Shown here: one piece after another, positions 1-11,575 of the stretch
Numbering within the stretch: position 1 is the stretch's first letter
Layout of the letters: the number at the start of each line of letters is the position of its first letter
DNA from: Malacoraja senta
Lineage: Eukaryota
Length of the DNA: 64,000 bases
Reading direction: 5' to 3'
NCBI GenBank assembly: GCA_038087875.1
Contig: JAXLNO010001373.1
Location: 124,001 to 188,000, forward strand
Position numbers and translations under genes: made by a program
The notes under the pieces: model-generated
The model's input: only the letters and a program-made list of their open reading frames with translations
What the model was told of the DNA's origin: nothing
The model's database searches: none

Positions 1-123
1 TTGGTAACTGGGTACCCAGAACCCTGGATATTTAATATGTAATCGTCATACAAAGTTTGTAATGGGTTGGACTATGATATGCAGATACCTCTAATTAAAA
101 AAAAATTAAATATAAGAACTCAC

Positions 124-193
124 TGGGACATTTCTTGCCATGGAAATGTTTTCATAATCTGCTCCTGGGGTCTATCAGCCGCTCCGGACTGGT
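124..193 (-). CDS. Probable cytoplasmic-tail exon of the VJ-type receptor
   Basis: Acceptor ttctctatttcacag and donor CCA|gtgagt, 167 nt after the TM exon. The phase-1 reading gives YQSGAADRPQEQIMKTFPWQEMS. A shifted frame gives PGADYENISMARNVP. Confidence 0.5.
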
Positions 194-360
194 CTGTGAA
201 ATAGAGAACAAGGTCTCACAAAGAGCAGCCTCAGAGCTGTGAATCCCACTTTGCTGCCCAACAGCATAATGACGGTTCTTTGACAATCGGAACCAGCCCT
301 TCCCATTTCACTAAATCCACACAGCAATTAGATCAGACTGAATGATTTAGTTGCACATAC

Positions 361-495
361 AGGACTGGTGGCTTCCAGAAGCTTTGCGTCTGATGAGGCA
401 GATGGCTCCAGTAACAGCAAGAACTCCCAGCACCAAAGGCAGAATGATCCAGGCAAGGTACATCACCACAACTTGATTCTCCTTCGTTTGAGAAA
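361..495 (-). CDS. Transmembrane exon of a type I Ig-superfamily receptor
   Basis: Acceptor atttctttgcag, donor T|gtatgt, 135 nt, phase 1-1 and open. It translates to SQTKENQVVVMYLAWIILPLVLGVLAVTGAICLIRRKASGSHQS: a hydrophobic run followed by an RRK stop-transfer. This exon is not in the supplied ORF track. Confidence 0.8.
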
Positions 496-649
496 CTGCA
501 AAGAAATCACATAATTGGGTAAACATCAGGGAAACGTAATGTCAGCGCAGAAGGAAGCCACTTGGCCCATCGTTCTGTGACAGCTCCTTGAAATAGTGGT
601 CCGCTGAAACTAAATACTTTTCCACCCTTATCTCCAAAAATGCTCATAT

Positions 650-2303
650 TTCCAAGGTCCTTTTTAGCACCAGCACCTCCATCATTTGTCCTGCCCCCAG
701 CACCAGCTTAACTGGGTCCCCTGCTAAGCGCGAGGAATTTACTACATTTTTCACCAGCAAGGTAAAGAGCATAAGAACGAATATTTCCCCTCCCATCCAT
801 GACCTGGCTGTCTCATTGGTCTGTTCTTCAAAATTAGACTGTTTCCAACAAGGTACTCTACCCTCCCTTGTAAAACTGGTCACCACCATGAAACCTACTA
901 CCTGCCCCCTCGACACTGTCCCCTCTGCCCTCCTAAAGGACGTCATTACAACAGCCGGGCCCAGCATCCTCGCCATCTTCAACAGCTCTCTGGCCAATGG
1001 CACTGTACCTACCTGCTTCAAGCATGCGATGGTGACTCTGGCGGCTGTGCAATTATTGACCTCAGCGCAGCATTTGATACTGTCGACCACATCATCCTTA
1101 TTGACCGTCTCCGGTACGGGGTTGGTATTGATGGCACTGCCCTGAGCTGGTTCATCTCCTACCTCAACGGTAGGAGTTTCTCTACTAACATAGGCAACTC
1201 TTTCTCCTCCCCAGCTAGCCTCTGCTGTGGGGTTCCACAAGGTTCCATCCTTGGCCCCATTCTCTTCTCCCTGTATATGCTCCGCTTAGGCCAAGTCATT
1301 GAAAGGCACGTCATTTCCTTCCATTGCTACGCAGACGATACACAACTCTATCTCCCCCTGAAGGCCAAAAACCAATCAAATATGCTTGACCTTAACCGCT
1401 GCCTCGAGGATATAACGTGTTGGATGGCCCAGAACTTCCTCCAACTAAACGAGAGTAAGTCTGAGGTCATCATTCTCGGCCCCTCGGACTCAATCAAAAT
1501 GATAGCAGGCAGCTTTGGAAGCCTTACCCCACTACTCAAACCACACATCAAAAACCTTGGCGTCATATTTGACTCAGCACTGAAATTTGACAAACAAGTC
1601 AATGCCGTGGTAAAAGCTAGCTTCTTTCAGCTTCGGACGATAGCTAAAATAAAACAATTCCTCCAGTTTGATGACCTCGAAAAGATCATCCACACATTTA
1701 TCTCCTCCCGCCTAGATTACTGCAACTCCCTTTACACTGGCATCAGCCAATCTTCCCTGTCCTGCCTGCAACTGGTCCAAAACGCCGCAGCGAAACTCTT
1801 GACGGGCACCCGAAAAAGGGAGCACATCACCCCGATCCTGGCCTCTCTCCACTGGTTCCCTGTGCGGTTCCGTATAAATTTCAAGATCCTCCTCTATGTC
1901 TACAAAGCCCTCAATGGGATTGCCCTCCACCTACATTAAATGTCTTCTCACCCACCACACCACCTCCAGGTCCCTCAGATCGTCCGACTTGGGGTTACTG
2001 AACATCCTATGGTCTACGCATAAGCTCAGGGGCGACCGCGCCTTTGCGGTTGCAGCTCCTAGACTGTGGAACAGCATCCCCCTTCCCATCAGAACTGCCC
2101 CCTCCATCGACTCCTTTAAGTCAAAGACTAAAAACTTATCTATACTCCCAAGCCTTTCTTGACATCCTCTGAGTGAGGGCTATATGTATATTTGTATGTA
2201 GTTTGTTTGTTTATACTATTCTTGTAACAAATGTAAAAGCACTTTGGCCAACGAGAGTTGTTTTTTAAATGTGTTATATAAATAAATGTGACTTGACTTG
2301 ACT
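650..2303 (+). mobile_element. L2-clade LINE, 3' half (frameshifted RT)
   Basis: ORF 1277-1939 has HCYADDTQLY and FISSRLDYCNSL. It ends in aataaa plus a (gactt)n tail. Confidence 0.9.
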
Positions 2304-2789
2304 GATCCTAACCCAGTTATTTCCCAGTCCTGCAATAGGTTTCTCACTGGAATTGATCCAATTCCTGGTGGAATGTTGCTATTCAACCCGTATCCACCAG
2401 CTGACCCAAATGGCCACTGAAGCACTGTTCCCAGAGGAACCCTGTTCCTTCAACCTTCATTGACCATTCTGATATAAATGTACTATGATAAAGAGAGGAA
2501 GGGGAGCACCGAGTGGTCACAAGCCAGTGTGTTTACCTGGCCAGTTATTGGATTACATCCTAATGAACCAATAACCATTAATTTAGAAATCAATTAAATG
2601 TCAGCAAGCTTGAATTGGGTCGCGTTGTAACAGTGTGGAGGCGACACATAGAGAGGTCAGGGTAGCAGTGGAGTGGGATTAAAGTGGTGACAACAGGAAG
2701 CTCAAGGTTACTCCTGTAGATGGAGTGGAAATACTCCACAAAGCATTCACTCCATCTGTGTAGAAAGGACTTGCAGATGCTGGTTTATG

Positions 2790-3000
2790 CTGAAGACAAG
2801 CACAAAGTGCTGGAGTAACTCAGCGGGTCAGGCAGTATCTCTGGATAAAAAGGATGGGTGATGTATTGGGTTAGAACCCATGTTTACACCCTGCACTGTT
2901 ACATTGTCTGAAAAAAGGTTCTGACCTGAAACGTCACCCATCTTTTTTCACCAGAAATGCTGCCTGACCCGCTGAGTTACTCCAGCACTTGGTGTCAACT
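2790..3000. repeat. Inverted pair of Penelope-like terminal repeats with a degenerate hammerhead motif
   Basis: gtgctggagtaactcagcgggtcaggcag is followed by its reverse complement. CTGAAAA..aggt-tctg-acct-GAAAC-GTC lies at about 2908-2935. Confidence 0.6.
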
Positions 3001-3480
3001 ATGTTTAATTTCCTTCGTGTGGAAGAGACCACGCGGAGAACACCAAATGCAGTACATCCGTTTGGAAAAAGTGCAAGTCATTCACTGCTTAACCTGGAAG
3101 GGCTATTTGTGTCACTGGACGGTGGGAAGAGGTGAAAAGTCAAGTGTTGCTTCTCCTGTGTTTTTGCATGGAGACACGCCATATGAGTGCGAGTGGTTGG
3201 TGGGGACGGACAAGGTGGTGATGGGATTTTGTTGGATCTGGTGAAAAATGCAAAGAATGATTGGATGGATATGGCAGGTTCCTGGGTGGAAGGTAAGGAG
3301 CAGGGGAACTATGTTCTTATCGACTCCTGGAAAGAGGAAGAGTGAGAGCATAGATGCGGGGAAATCAATAAGATGTGATTAAGCACTGTCCAGTTGAGGA
3401 GAAGTCACTGTTCAGGAAGAAGGAAGACATTTCAGTGGCATCTCTTAGGATAACATTGTTTCTTCCCATCATCATTTTGG
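3000..3480 (-). mobile_element. Penelope-like element remnant (GIY-YIG region)
   Basis: Minus-strand VPLLLTFHP and FQVKQ..TCT..MYCIWCS..GL resemble the PLE endonuclease region, with stops. Confidence 0.6.
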
Positions 3481-3669
3481 CTCAGTTTGTCCTGCTAGAT
3501 GTGTCCCTGAGCACACTATTAACAACCCATCTCACAGACAAGGAGGCATAATATGCTTACAAATCATCACATTGAATTCAATCAGAGATATTTCCTTTGT
3601 ACTACCCATTCCTTCCTTCTCACAGAAATGTTTTAATTCTGGTTTTCTTTCTCCACAGATGCCTGCCTG

Positions 3670-3790
3670 CCCTTCTGGTGGTCACAGGGAGAACATATAA
3701 CTCCGTACAGACAGCACCCCTAATCAGGATTGAACATAGGTCTCTGGCACTATAAGGCAGCAACTCTACCGCTGCGCCACTGTGCCGCCT
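3670..3790 (-). mobile_element. V-SINE-like fragment
   Basis: acagcacccc..aggattgaac..ggtctctggc..taaggcagcaactctaccgctgcgccac is the reverse complement of a tRNA-derived SINE head. Confidence 0.6.
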
Positions 3791-5028
3791 CAATCCGTAT
3801 ATTTCAAAATGGTTACGTAAAATGAAAGAGAATAGATTGGAATAGGGGGCTTACATTGGGGGAGGGCCAATTTCACAACATTAAGTCAGGACCTGGCAAA
3901 TGTAGACTGTGAGAATTTACTTACCTGTATGTCAAAATCTGCACAATGGGAAGCATTCGAAGGACAAAAAACAAGAACTCAAGGTCAACATATTTGTATA
4001 AGGGTGAATGTCAAGAGTAACAAGAAGAGGGAACTGAGGATGCAGAGGGTTGGATAAAGAGAAAAATAGGAAGCATATGGCTAACGGGGCCGGCAAGTGG
4101 GAGTGCAGCGGGCCCGAGCGGTAGAAAGAAAATGGAAATATTTAAAGGGAAATACTTTGTCAAATTGAACGAAAATCGCTACTGCATACCCCAGGCGAAT
4201 AGTGAGTAAGTTGGGCCTAAAATTATTGCGCTATTGTGTACTGTTTTCATGGGAGGAAATCCTGGGGGGACGTGGGGACTCAAGTCCCTTCCATGTTTTG
4301 AGAGGTGGGGGACAATCCCCCCCATGTTTTGTAATCCGGATTTTGCAATTCGGTGAAAAAAAAACTACTATAAATCTCCACTTTCCGCAAGAGTGATGAT
4401 CGAGGGCGCCGAATGGACTAGAGAGACGTCAGGCAATGGGAGGGGGACATGATGATTCAGCGCGATGATTGGAGGAGGGAGGTGTCGGTCAGAGGCGGAT
4501 GTCGGGGGATGGGACTGAGGATAAAGTGCGGTGATTGGAGGAGGGAGACGTCCTGGTGGAGCAAAGATCATAGAGCGGTGCTTGAATCGACCCGTTCACG
4601 GGGCCTTCCATCGCCCGGCGCGGATTGAAATCGGCCGCGGGATTTTCCACCGTCCCGTGGTCAAATTGCTACGTCGAGGCGATTGAGTCTCCCGATGTTG
4701 AAGCCCCTGCCCGGGGATGGATGATCCCGCGGCCAGTTTTAAGCCGCACCGGGCGATGAAAGGCCCCGCGAACAGGCCGATTCAAGCCCCATGATTCGGG
4801 GCGGACGAAGCTGCTGTTGCTGGAGTTTGGAGTTGGTCACCAACCAGGTCAGCTCCCGATGTTATCGTCCACAGGGCCAATGGCCGAAGCCTCGCGAATG
4901 TGTGCGCGCGTGCGGCCACCAAGAAATTGTGTGTCCCCCATGTGTTGATAAATAAATACATACAACGAAACAAACAAACAAACAAAAAAATATACATACA
5001 TACTAGACGAGAGTTATAGTACTATATA

Positions 5029-5435
5029 CTAGACCAAGCGCGGACCTGTTGGGTCCCCATCCCCCAACGCAATATTCCACCGCTCACCCACAGCCCCCAA
5101 CTGCAGCGGCGTGGCTGATGGGTTCCCGTTGTGACGTCAGATATCCCTGTTGTGACGCAAGTCACGGTAACCTTCCCCAACTACGCAGGTGCGGCCGGCA
5201 AGTGGGAGCGCAAATGCCAGGTTTATTAAAGTTTAAAAAGTCAAAACATTTAAAATATTACATCAATCTGAACAAAACATGCTGCTGCACACCGCAGGAC
5301 AACGGTAAGTAAGGTGGGCCCAAAATTGTTGCGCTGTCGTGTACTGTTTTGGCTGTATTTCGGGAACAAACAAACAAAGAAGATGAGAGTTTTAGAGAGA
5401 GGTAAGTAGGTATGTAGGTAGGTGATATGGATAGA
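5029..5435 (-). mobile_element. Short non-autonomous Helitron
   Basis: On the minus strand: A|TC start, imperfect hairpin gggacccaacaggtcc, and CTAG|T end. The same 3' end family appears at 57025-57052. Confidence 0.65.
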
Positions 5436-5967
5436 TGTCGCTACCAATGAAGGAATGTTGACAGTTACTAGAAGGTGTAGTGGTGTAACAGAATTAAAGC
5501 GTGTGGGAGGAGCAACTTCAATAGGAAATTATTTAATTAATTGTTGTCCCTGGAAGGTTACAACGTGCTTGGTTGAAAGATGGGGCCCTGTTCCGGAGCA
5601 CAAAATGGTGGGGTCAGATTCAGGCTGACACAATAAGGTGAAGTGTGACTGTAAGCTTGGAGTTACGAGCCGGGGCCGAAAAGCGATGTTCCACAAATAA
5701 CCATCAGATGTGTATTTGTCTGTCCAATTCATTAAAAAGCATAAATAAATGCATGAAAATGAATCGGTATGGGCAAGTTGGGCCGAAGGGCCTGTTTTCA
5801 CGCTGTAAGACTATGAAAACTAGAAGATTCAAAACTTTTAATGTTTTTAGTATTGTAAATATTGTAAACTGAAATGAAAATGAAAGTGCAAAACCGCTAT
5901 CCCACCCCTGGCATGCTCTATATCTACACTAACGGAGATCGTTTAGTATTGTGTAAACTGAACTTAC

Positions 5968-6780
5968 TAATGACAATCATTTGGATCCCGTTCCTTCTGA
6001 TATCTCCCCACACTGTGCAGTAATAGACGGCAGAGTCATTGAGCATCACGTTTGTGACCGTCAGGATGAAGCTGCTGTTGGAGGGGTCTTTGAATGGCTG
6101 GAACCGCTCAGTGAAGCCTGGTCTCATTGATATGCTGACTCTTGCCTCATGTGTTAAATCCCACTCCATGTCCTGCCCGGGTAGTTCTCGGTACCAGTGG
6201 ACGTCAGTGTTTCCCACTTCAGGAGTAGAGGTCCTTCTGCAGTTGTACAGGGCCGTGGTGAGACCACATCTGGAATATTGTGTGTAGTTTTGGTCTCCTA
6301 ATTTGAGGAAGGACATCCTTGCTATTAGAAACGTATAAAATTATAAAAGGACTGGATAAGTTAGATGCAGGAAAAATGTTCCCAATGTTGGGGGAGTCCA
6401 GAACCAGGGGCCACAGTCTAAGAGTAAAGGGGAGGCCATTTATATGAGAAAAAACGTTTTCACCCAGAGAGTTGAGAATTTGTGAAATTCTCTGCCACAG
6501 AAGGCAGTAGAGGCCAATTCACTGGCTGAATTTAAAAGAGAGTTAGATAGACCTTTAGGGGCTAGCGGAATCAAGGGATGTGGGGAGAAGACAGGCACAG
6601 GTTACTGATTGTGGATGATCAGCTATGGTGACAATGAATGGCGGTGCAGGCTCGAAGGGCCAAATGGCCTCCTCCTGCACCTATTTTCTACGTTCTCCAT
6701 GGAGCACCGTAACCGTGCCGTGTCATCCTCAATGATACTCTCCAGCCTCGGGAATTGGATCAGGATCGGAGGATTTGCAT
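5968..6780 (-). pseudogene. Ig VJ-domain exon copy 5, disrupted by a CR1 insertion
   Basis: ANPPILIQFPRLESIIEDDTARLRCSMEN / EVGNTDVHW...YYCTVWGDIRRNGIQMIVI. Splice sites are intact, there is a 468-bp insert at 6223-6690, and the J motif is degraded. Confidence 0.9.
6223..6690 (+). mobile_element. 5'-truncated CR1 3' end inserted in the V exon
   Basis: LQLYRAVVRPHLEYCV motif and tail cgaagggccaaatggcctcctcctgcacctattttcta. It is absent from the paralogous V4 exon. Confidence 0.9.
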
Positions 6781-7275
6781 CTTTAATGGGAAAATATGTC
6801 TTCTTAAAAAAAAAACACTCAGCACAACCATGCATGAAGAGTGCACAGAATCTAACACTAAATTTGTAGAATTGTTTTAGTCATTCTAAATCATGCAAAA
6901 TGGAGTCCTTTAGATCAGGGCTATAGATGTGCACAGCACAGGAATGGGTTCTTGTGATACTTAAAACCAGAGCAATGTTACTGAGTTCAATGATCCTGCA
7001 ATATTATATAACCTGTGCATGGGGCCTAACAAAGTTCTGAATGGGTTTGTGGAGAGGTTTGCTCATGCTACTCAAGAGAGTTTAAACTAGTGAGACATGG
7101 GGTTGGGACCCAGAATGACAGCGGACTCATATGTAGAAAATGGAACGGGCAAGTCCAGTGAAAGCATTGGCAGAGATGGGAGGGGGAGCATGAGAGGACC
7201 GGTAGGTTTAACTGCATTTACTTTAAAGCAAGAAGCACAGCAATTGAGACGGATGAGTTGAGAGTGTAGATCAGC

Positions 7276-9185
7276 ACACATCTCTCTGATCGGCAAGATG
7301 GCCGCGCCGTTGTGTTTGGCTGCCCGTCGTCTCCCGTCTGGACAAAGCCTCAAACAAGGTAATCTCTACCGTTCGTATGGCCTGCAGTCAAAGCTGGCGT
7401 ACGAACGGCAAACACTATTGGACATCCAAGCCTCGGTCATTGAAGTCTTCACCCGAGGCCCTGGGCAAGGCCCCGGACTGAGCCCCGGACGAAGCCCCGT
7501 ACTGAGCCCCGGACGAAGCCCTGGACAGAGTCGAGCCTCTGTCATCGAGGTCTTCATCCGAAGCCCCGGACTGGGCCTCGGACTGAGCCCCGGTCTGATA
7601 CCCGGACTGAGCCCCCATCTGAGTCCCCGAATGCGCCCCGGACAAGGCTTCCCTTACCGTTCGCTCCTCGCTCGGCTCCCGATGGATGTATGGGCTCGGC
7701 CTTGTGGCGGCCACCGCACACGCCGAGCTTGGAGGCGGAGTAAACGCCCGGGCGCCCTGGTAAGGTTGAAGAACCTCGCCCGCGCCCGTTTAACTTCAGC
7801 TTACCTTGCCCAGCGCTGTGAGGACAGATCTGGTCAGCCCTACCGCTCCATCCATCGGCGGTCCCTCGAGCCCAGGTATGCTTCTCTCCGGTCGATTTTC
7901 CCGGTCCCCGGTCTGTCGGCCTGCGGGCTCCCAGCCAGGCCCTGTGTGAAGAGCAGCGACGTGGTCTCCCTGAACCTCCGCCCGCTGGCGTGGGAGCCGC
8001 TACCGGCCCTCAACTCACCTGCAGTCCCTGCAAAAGTGGCCCTGATCAATGCAAGATCAGTGCTGAACAAAACCTTCATCCTCAATGACTTCTTCACCGC
8101 ACGTGGATTCCTACTGATCACAGAAACCTGGCTTAATCCTGGTGAGCTGGTCCACTCGTGGAACTCTGTCCTGATACCTGTAACTTTTTCAGCTCGCCTA
8201 GGCTCTCCGGTCGCGGTGGGGGCCTAGCCACTGTGTTTAAGAAGCATTTCAACTGTCGCCATCTGAACGCTGATCACTTCTCCAGTTTTGAACATCAACT
8301 AATCATAGTTGGTCTAATCTGTCCACTTTTAATTGTTCTTGTGTATCGCCCACCAAAAACGCATAAGGACTTTATCTCACAATTTGGTGATCTTATCGCT
8401 AGCTTGTTGCCCAAATTTGACCAGGTCCTGATTCTTGGTGACTTTAACATTCATGTCTGCTGTCCCACAAAGCCTCTTGTGAGTGAATTTATGAACCTGG
8501 TTGAGTCCTTCAATCTGACTCTACTCACCACTGGACACACGCACAAGCTTGGCCATACACTAGACCTAGTGCTTTCGTCTGGTCTCCCAATTTGTAACAC
8601 AGATATTATTGATGCCTGTCTGTCTGATCATAGTGCAATTATATTCGATGCATCTCTGCCTTTCTCTCCAACAAAATCCCATCTCCCTGCTCGCTACTCC
8701 CACTACGTAAACTCCTCGACTGCCAGTAAGTTCTCTCATAGCCGCCCCCGACATCTGCACTATTGAGGCTTCTCCCCTCCATCTCAGCACCGACGACCTC
8801 ATTTCTTTATTCAATACTATTTGCTCTTCAATTCTGGATTCTGTTACTCCTCTTAAAACGAAAAAGCCTAAGCCTAAAGGCTGGCAATGGCTCAATGACA
8901 CCACCAGAGCCCTAAGAAGAGAATGCAGAAAATCAGAACGGAAGTACAAATCTGATAAGCTTCAAATTTCCTTTGAACTCCTGAAAAACAATCTTCACAA
9001 ATACAAGGAAGCCGTAAAATCTGCAAGAACAAAATACTTTTCCACCCTTATTTCCAAAAACGCTCATAACTCCAAGGTCCTTTTTAGTACCATCACCTCC
9101 ATCATATGTCCTGCCCCCAGCACCAGCTTAACTGGGTCCCCTGCTAAGTGCGAGGAATTTACTACATTTTTCACCAGCAAAATAA
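7276..9185 (+). mobile_element. L2-clade LINE, 5' half (APE endonuclease, frameshifted)
   Basis: LINARSVLNK, ITETWL, VYRPP, GDFNIH, GHTLDLV and SDH motifs. There are 12-bp agccccggactg repeats near the 5' end. Confidence 0.85.
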
Positions 9186-9761
9186 AGAACAAAGTAAAGT
9201 GCACTCGCAGGGATGACAGTGGAACAAAAATGACAGGTGTTTCTAGGAATAAAACAGAAGGTGCAGGATCAGTTAATTCCTAGGAGGAAGAAAGATTCCA
9301 AGGGGAGAAAGGGACGACCATGGCTGACAAGGGACGTCAGGGACAGTATAAAAATTAAAGCGAAGAAGTACAACGTAGCAAAGATGAGCGGGAAGCAAGA
9401 GGATTGGGTAATGTTTAAAGAACAACAGAAGAGGACTTCCGGTGGCGCCATGTTAGATTAACAGACGTGCACCTAGCTCCGCTCTCGAAAGATTTCGCAA
9501 TTTTTCATGTAAAAACGGGTCCATAAGTCGGGATTGGATTAAAAACCTTACTGGAGCTTCTGGTCGCCGGGATGATGATGTCATCAGCAAGCGCGATGTT
9601 TTAAACGGTGGCTTAAGGACTTTAAATGAGTAAACTCTCCAGCCAAGAGCCCTCAGAGATCAGTTAAAAAGCTGCTGAAAAATCAGAAGAAGCCTGAAGG
9701 AGAAGTTACCTCTAAAGTTTCTGAAGTGGCTGCAGAAATGGATACAAGATCTTAGACAGAG

Positions 9762-10711
9762 ATGGTTAAGGACAAAGAATTTAAGGATTTGAAGAAATCA
9801 GTGAATGATATGAAAGATGAAATTTTGGATGAAAATAAAACTCTGATGGGAAAAATGATGGAAAAAATCGAAAAGATGATGGAGGATTTGAATGCTGGTA
9901 ATCAGAAGGTTATTGATGCTGGTAATCAGAAGGTGATTGATTCACTTGATACTATAAATAAACGAATTGATGATGTGAAAGATGGACTATCGGGGAGAAT
10001 GGATAAGATGGAAAAAGTTAATACGGACAGGTTCACAGCTGTGCTAGAAACAGTAGCTGCAAGTATGACCACAATTACGGAATTGGAGAGAAATATGGCT
10101 CGAGTGGTTGGAGACATGGTGAAAATGAGGCAAGAACATGATCAAAGGAAGCAAGAATATGAGCAAACCTCAGCACAGATGATGACTCAACCGGGGAAAG
10201 TCTCAGACAAATGCCTGGACCTGGAAGCTCGCTCTAGACGCCAGAATTTGAGAATTCTTGGAGTCTCAGAGGGAGCCGAGGGAAAGGATGTGCGTGAGTT
10301 TGCCATGGACCTACTTATCTGCTTAATCTCTCCAAAGAACCGAAACTTGAAGTGGCTCATTGTGTTCCAAGATACAAACCGAGATCTCAAGCTGGAAAAG
10401 TCCACCCGCGACATATTATTGTGAAATTTCGGGACATTTTAGAACTGGAAGATGTGATGAGCAAAATAAAGTACGGAGTGCAATTACGGTTGGACAATGA
10501 CATTATCAAAATATTCAGGGACTATCCGTATGAAATTGTGCAAAAGAGAAATCAATTTGGTAAGGCAATAGAGCTTTTAAGAGGGAAACAAGGTATCAGA
10601 TACGGTGTTTTTTATCCAGCCAAAATGCATATTTCTTTTAACGGTTCTGAAAAGTTATTTGTAAAACCGGAGGACGCGTACAAATATGCTCAGAGCATCG
10701 TTGAAAAATAG
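9762..10711 (+). pseudogene. L1 ORF1 (frameshifted)
   Basis: Coiled coil, DLEARSRRQNLRILGVSEG, and PRHIIVKF/YPAK motifs over two overlapping ORFs. Confidence 0.85.
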
Positions 10712-11575
10712 ATTAATAGTATGAATTATTCCTTTTTTTTTAAATTAGAATTCCACGGTTAATGGAGGTTTGGCAGATTAGAACCGTTGCAAGCAATGTT
10801 TTGTTCAGGATGGCTAAACTGTTATCTGTGGAATTCCGAATCAAGGACACTCTGTGTTCCAAACGAGTAAACAGCTGAACTGAAGAGAATGGAATATACC
10901 AGAAGCATTAATTGTTTAATAGATTATATCCAATTGTAAGAATTGATCCTATTAACAACCTAATAATTAAACAAGTTATCAATGTTAGATTAGAATAGTA
11001 ACGGACGCTAATAAAAATAAAAAATAATGAACTAACAAAACTAATATGAATTTCTACTAAATCCAAACCTTATCTACAACGGGGAGGAGGGGATGAGAAG
11101 CGAGCACCTGGCTTAGGTCCAGGGGCGCGTCTCGTTAACCCCTTCAACTAACAGTTGACTATTATTAAAGCTAAAATCATTTGTTTAATAATTAGTAGCT
11201 AAAATTGCGACATATATAGGGTAAATTTGTATTATACATCTGAATGTGAGGCCCCGTTCTAATATGTTATGATTAACCAAGAGAGCGGAGTTATTTGTTT
11301 AACACCAACAATGGAAGTCGAAACAAGGTTTTCTCCCACCTACAGGTGGGCCACTTGCTACAGTGTCGACTATTTTAGACACTGTATTTTCACTTTTTCA
11401 ATTTTTTTAATTTTATTATTAATATCACATAAACTCACATGTTTGTGTTTTGTGTTTAGTGATAAGCGTAAAAGGGACATGCCAACAAAACGTAGAAAGT
11501 CAAAGGTTCCCCCAATACCCAAAGACCTGGGATATGGATGCACCACAAGATTTAAAGGTACTATAATTAATCAAA

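Larger units (their letters stand above)
5437..7275. repeat. Segmental duplicate of about 19020-20520 (V exon plus flanks)
   Basis: Colinear, roughly 90% similar by eye, from gctaccaat..gaaggaa through gtagatcagcacaca. Confidence 0.9.

Noticed and set aside
1-91. Further tail exon after the tttttttttaattag acceptor
   Set aside because: The implied intron (91-123) is only 33 nt, too short for a vertebrate intron.
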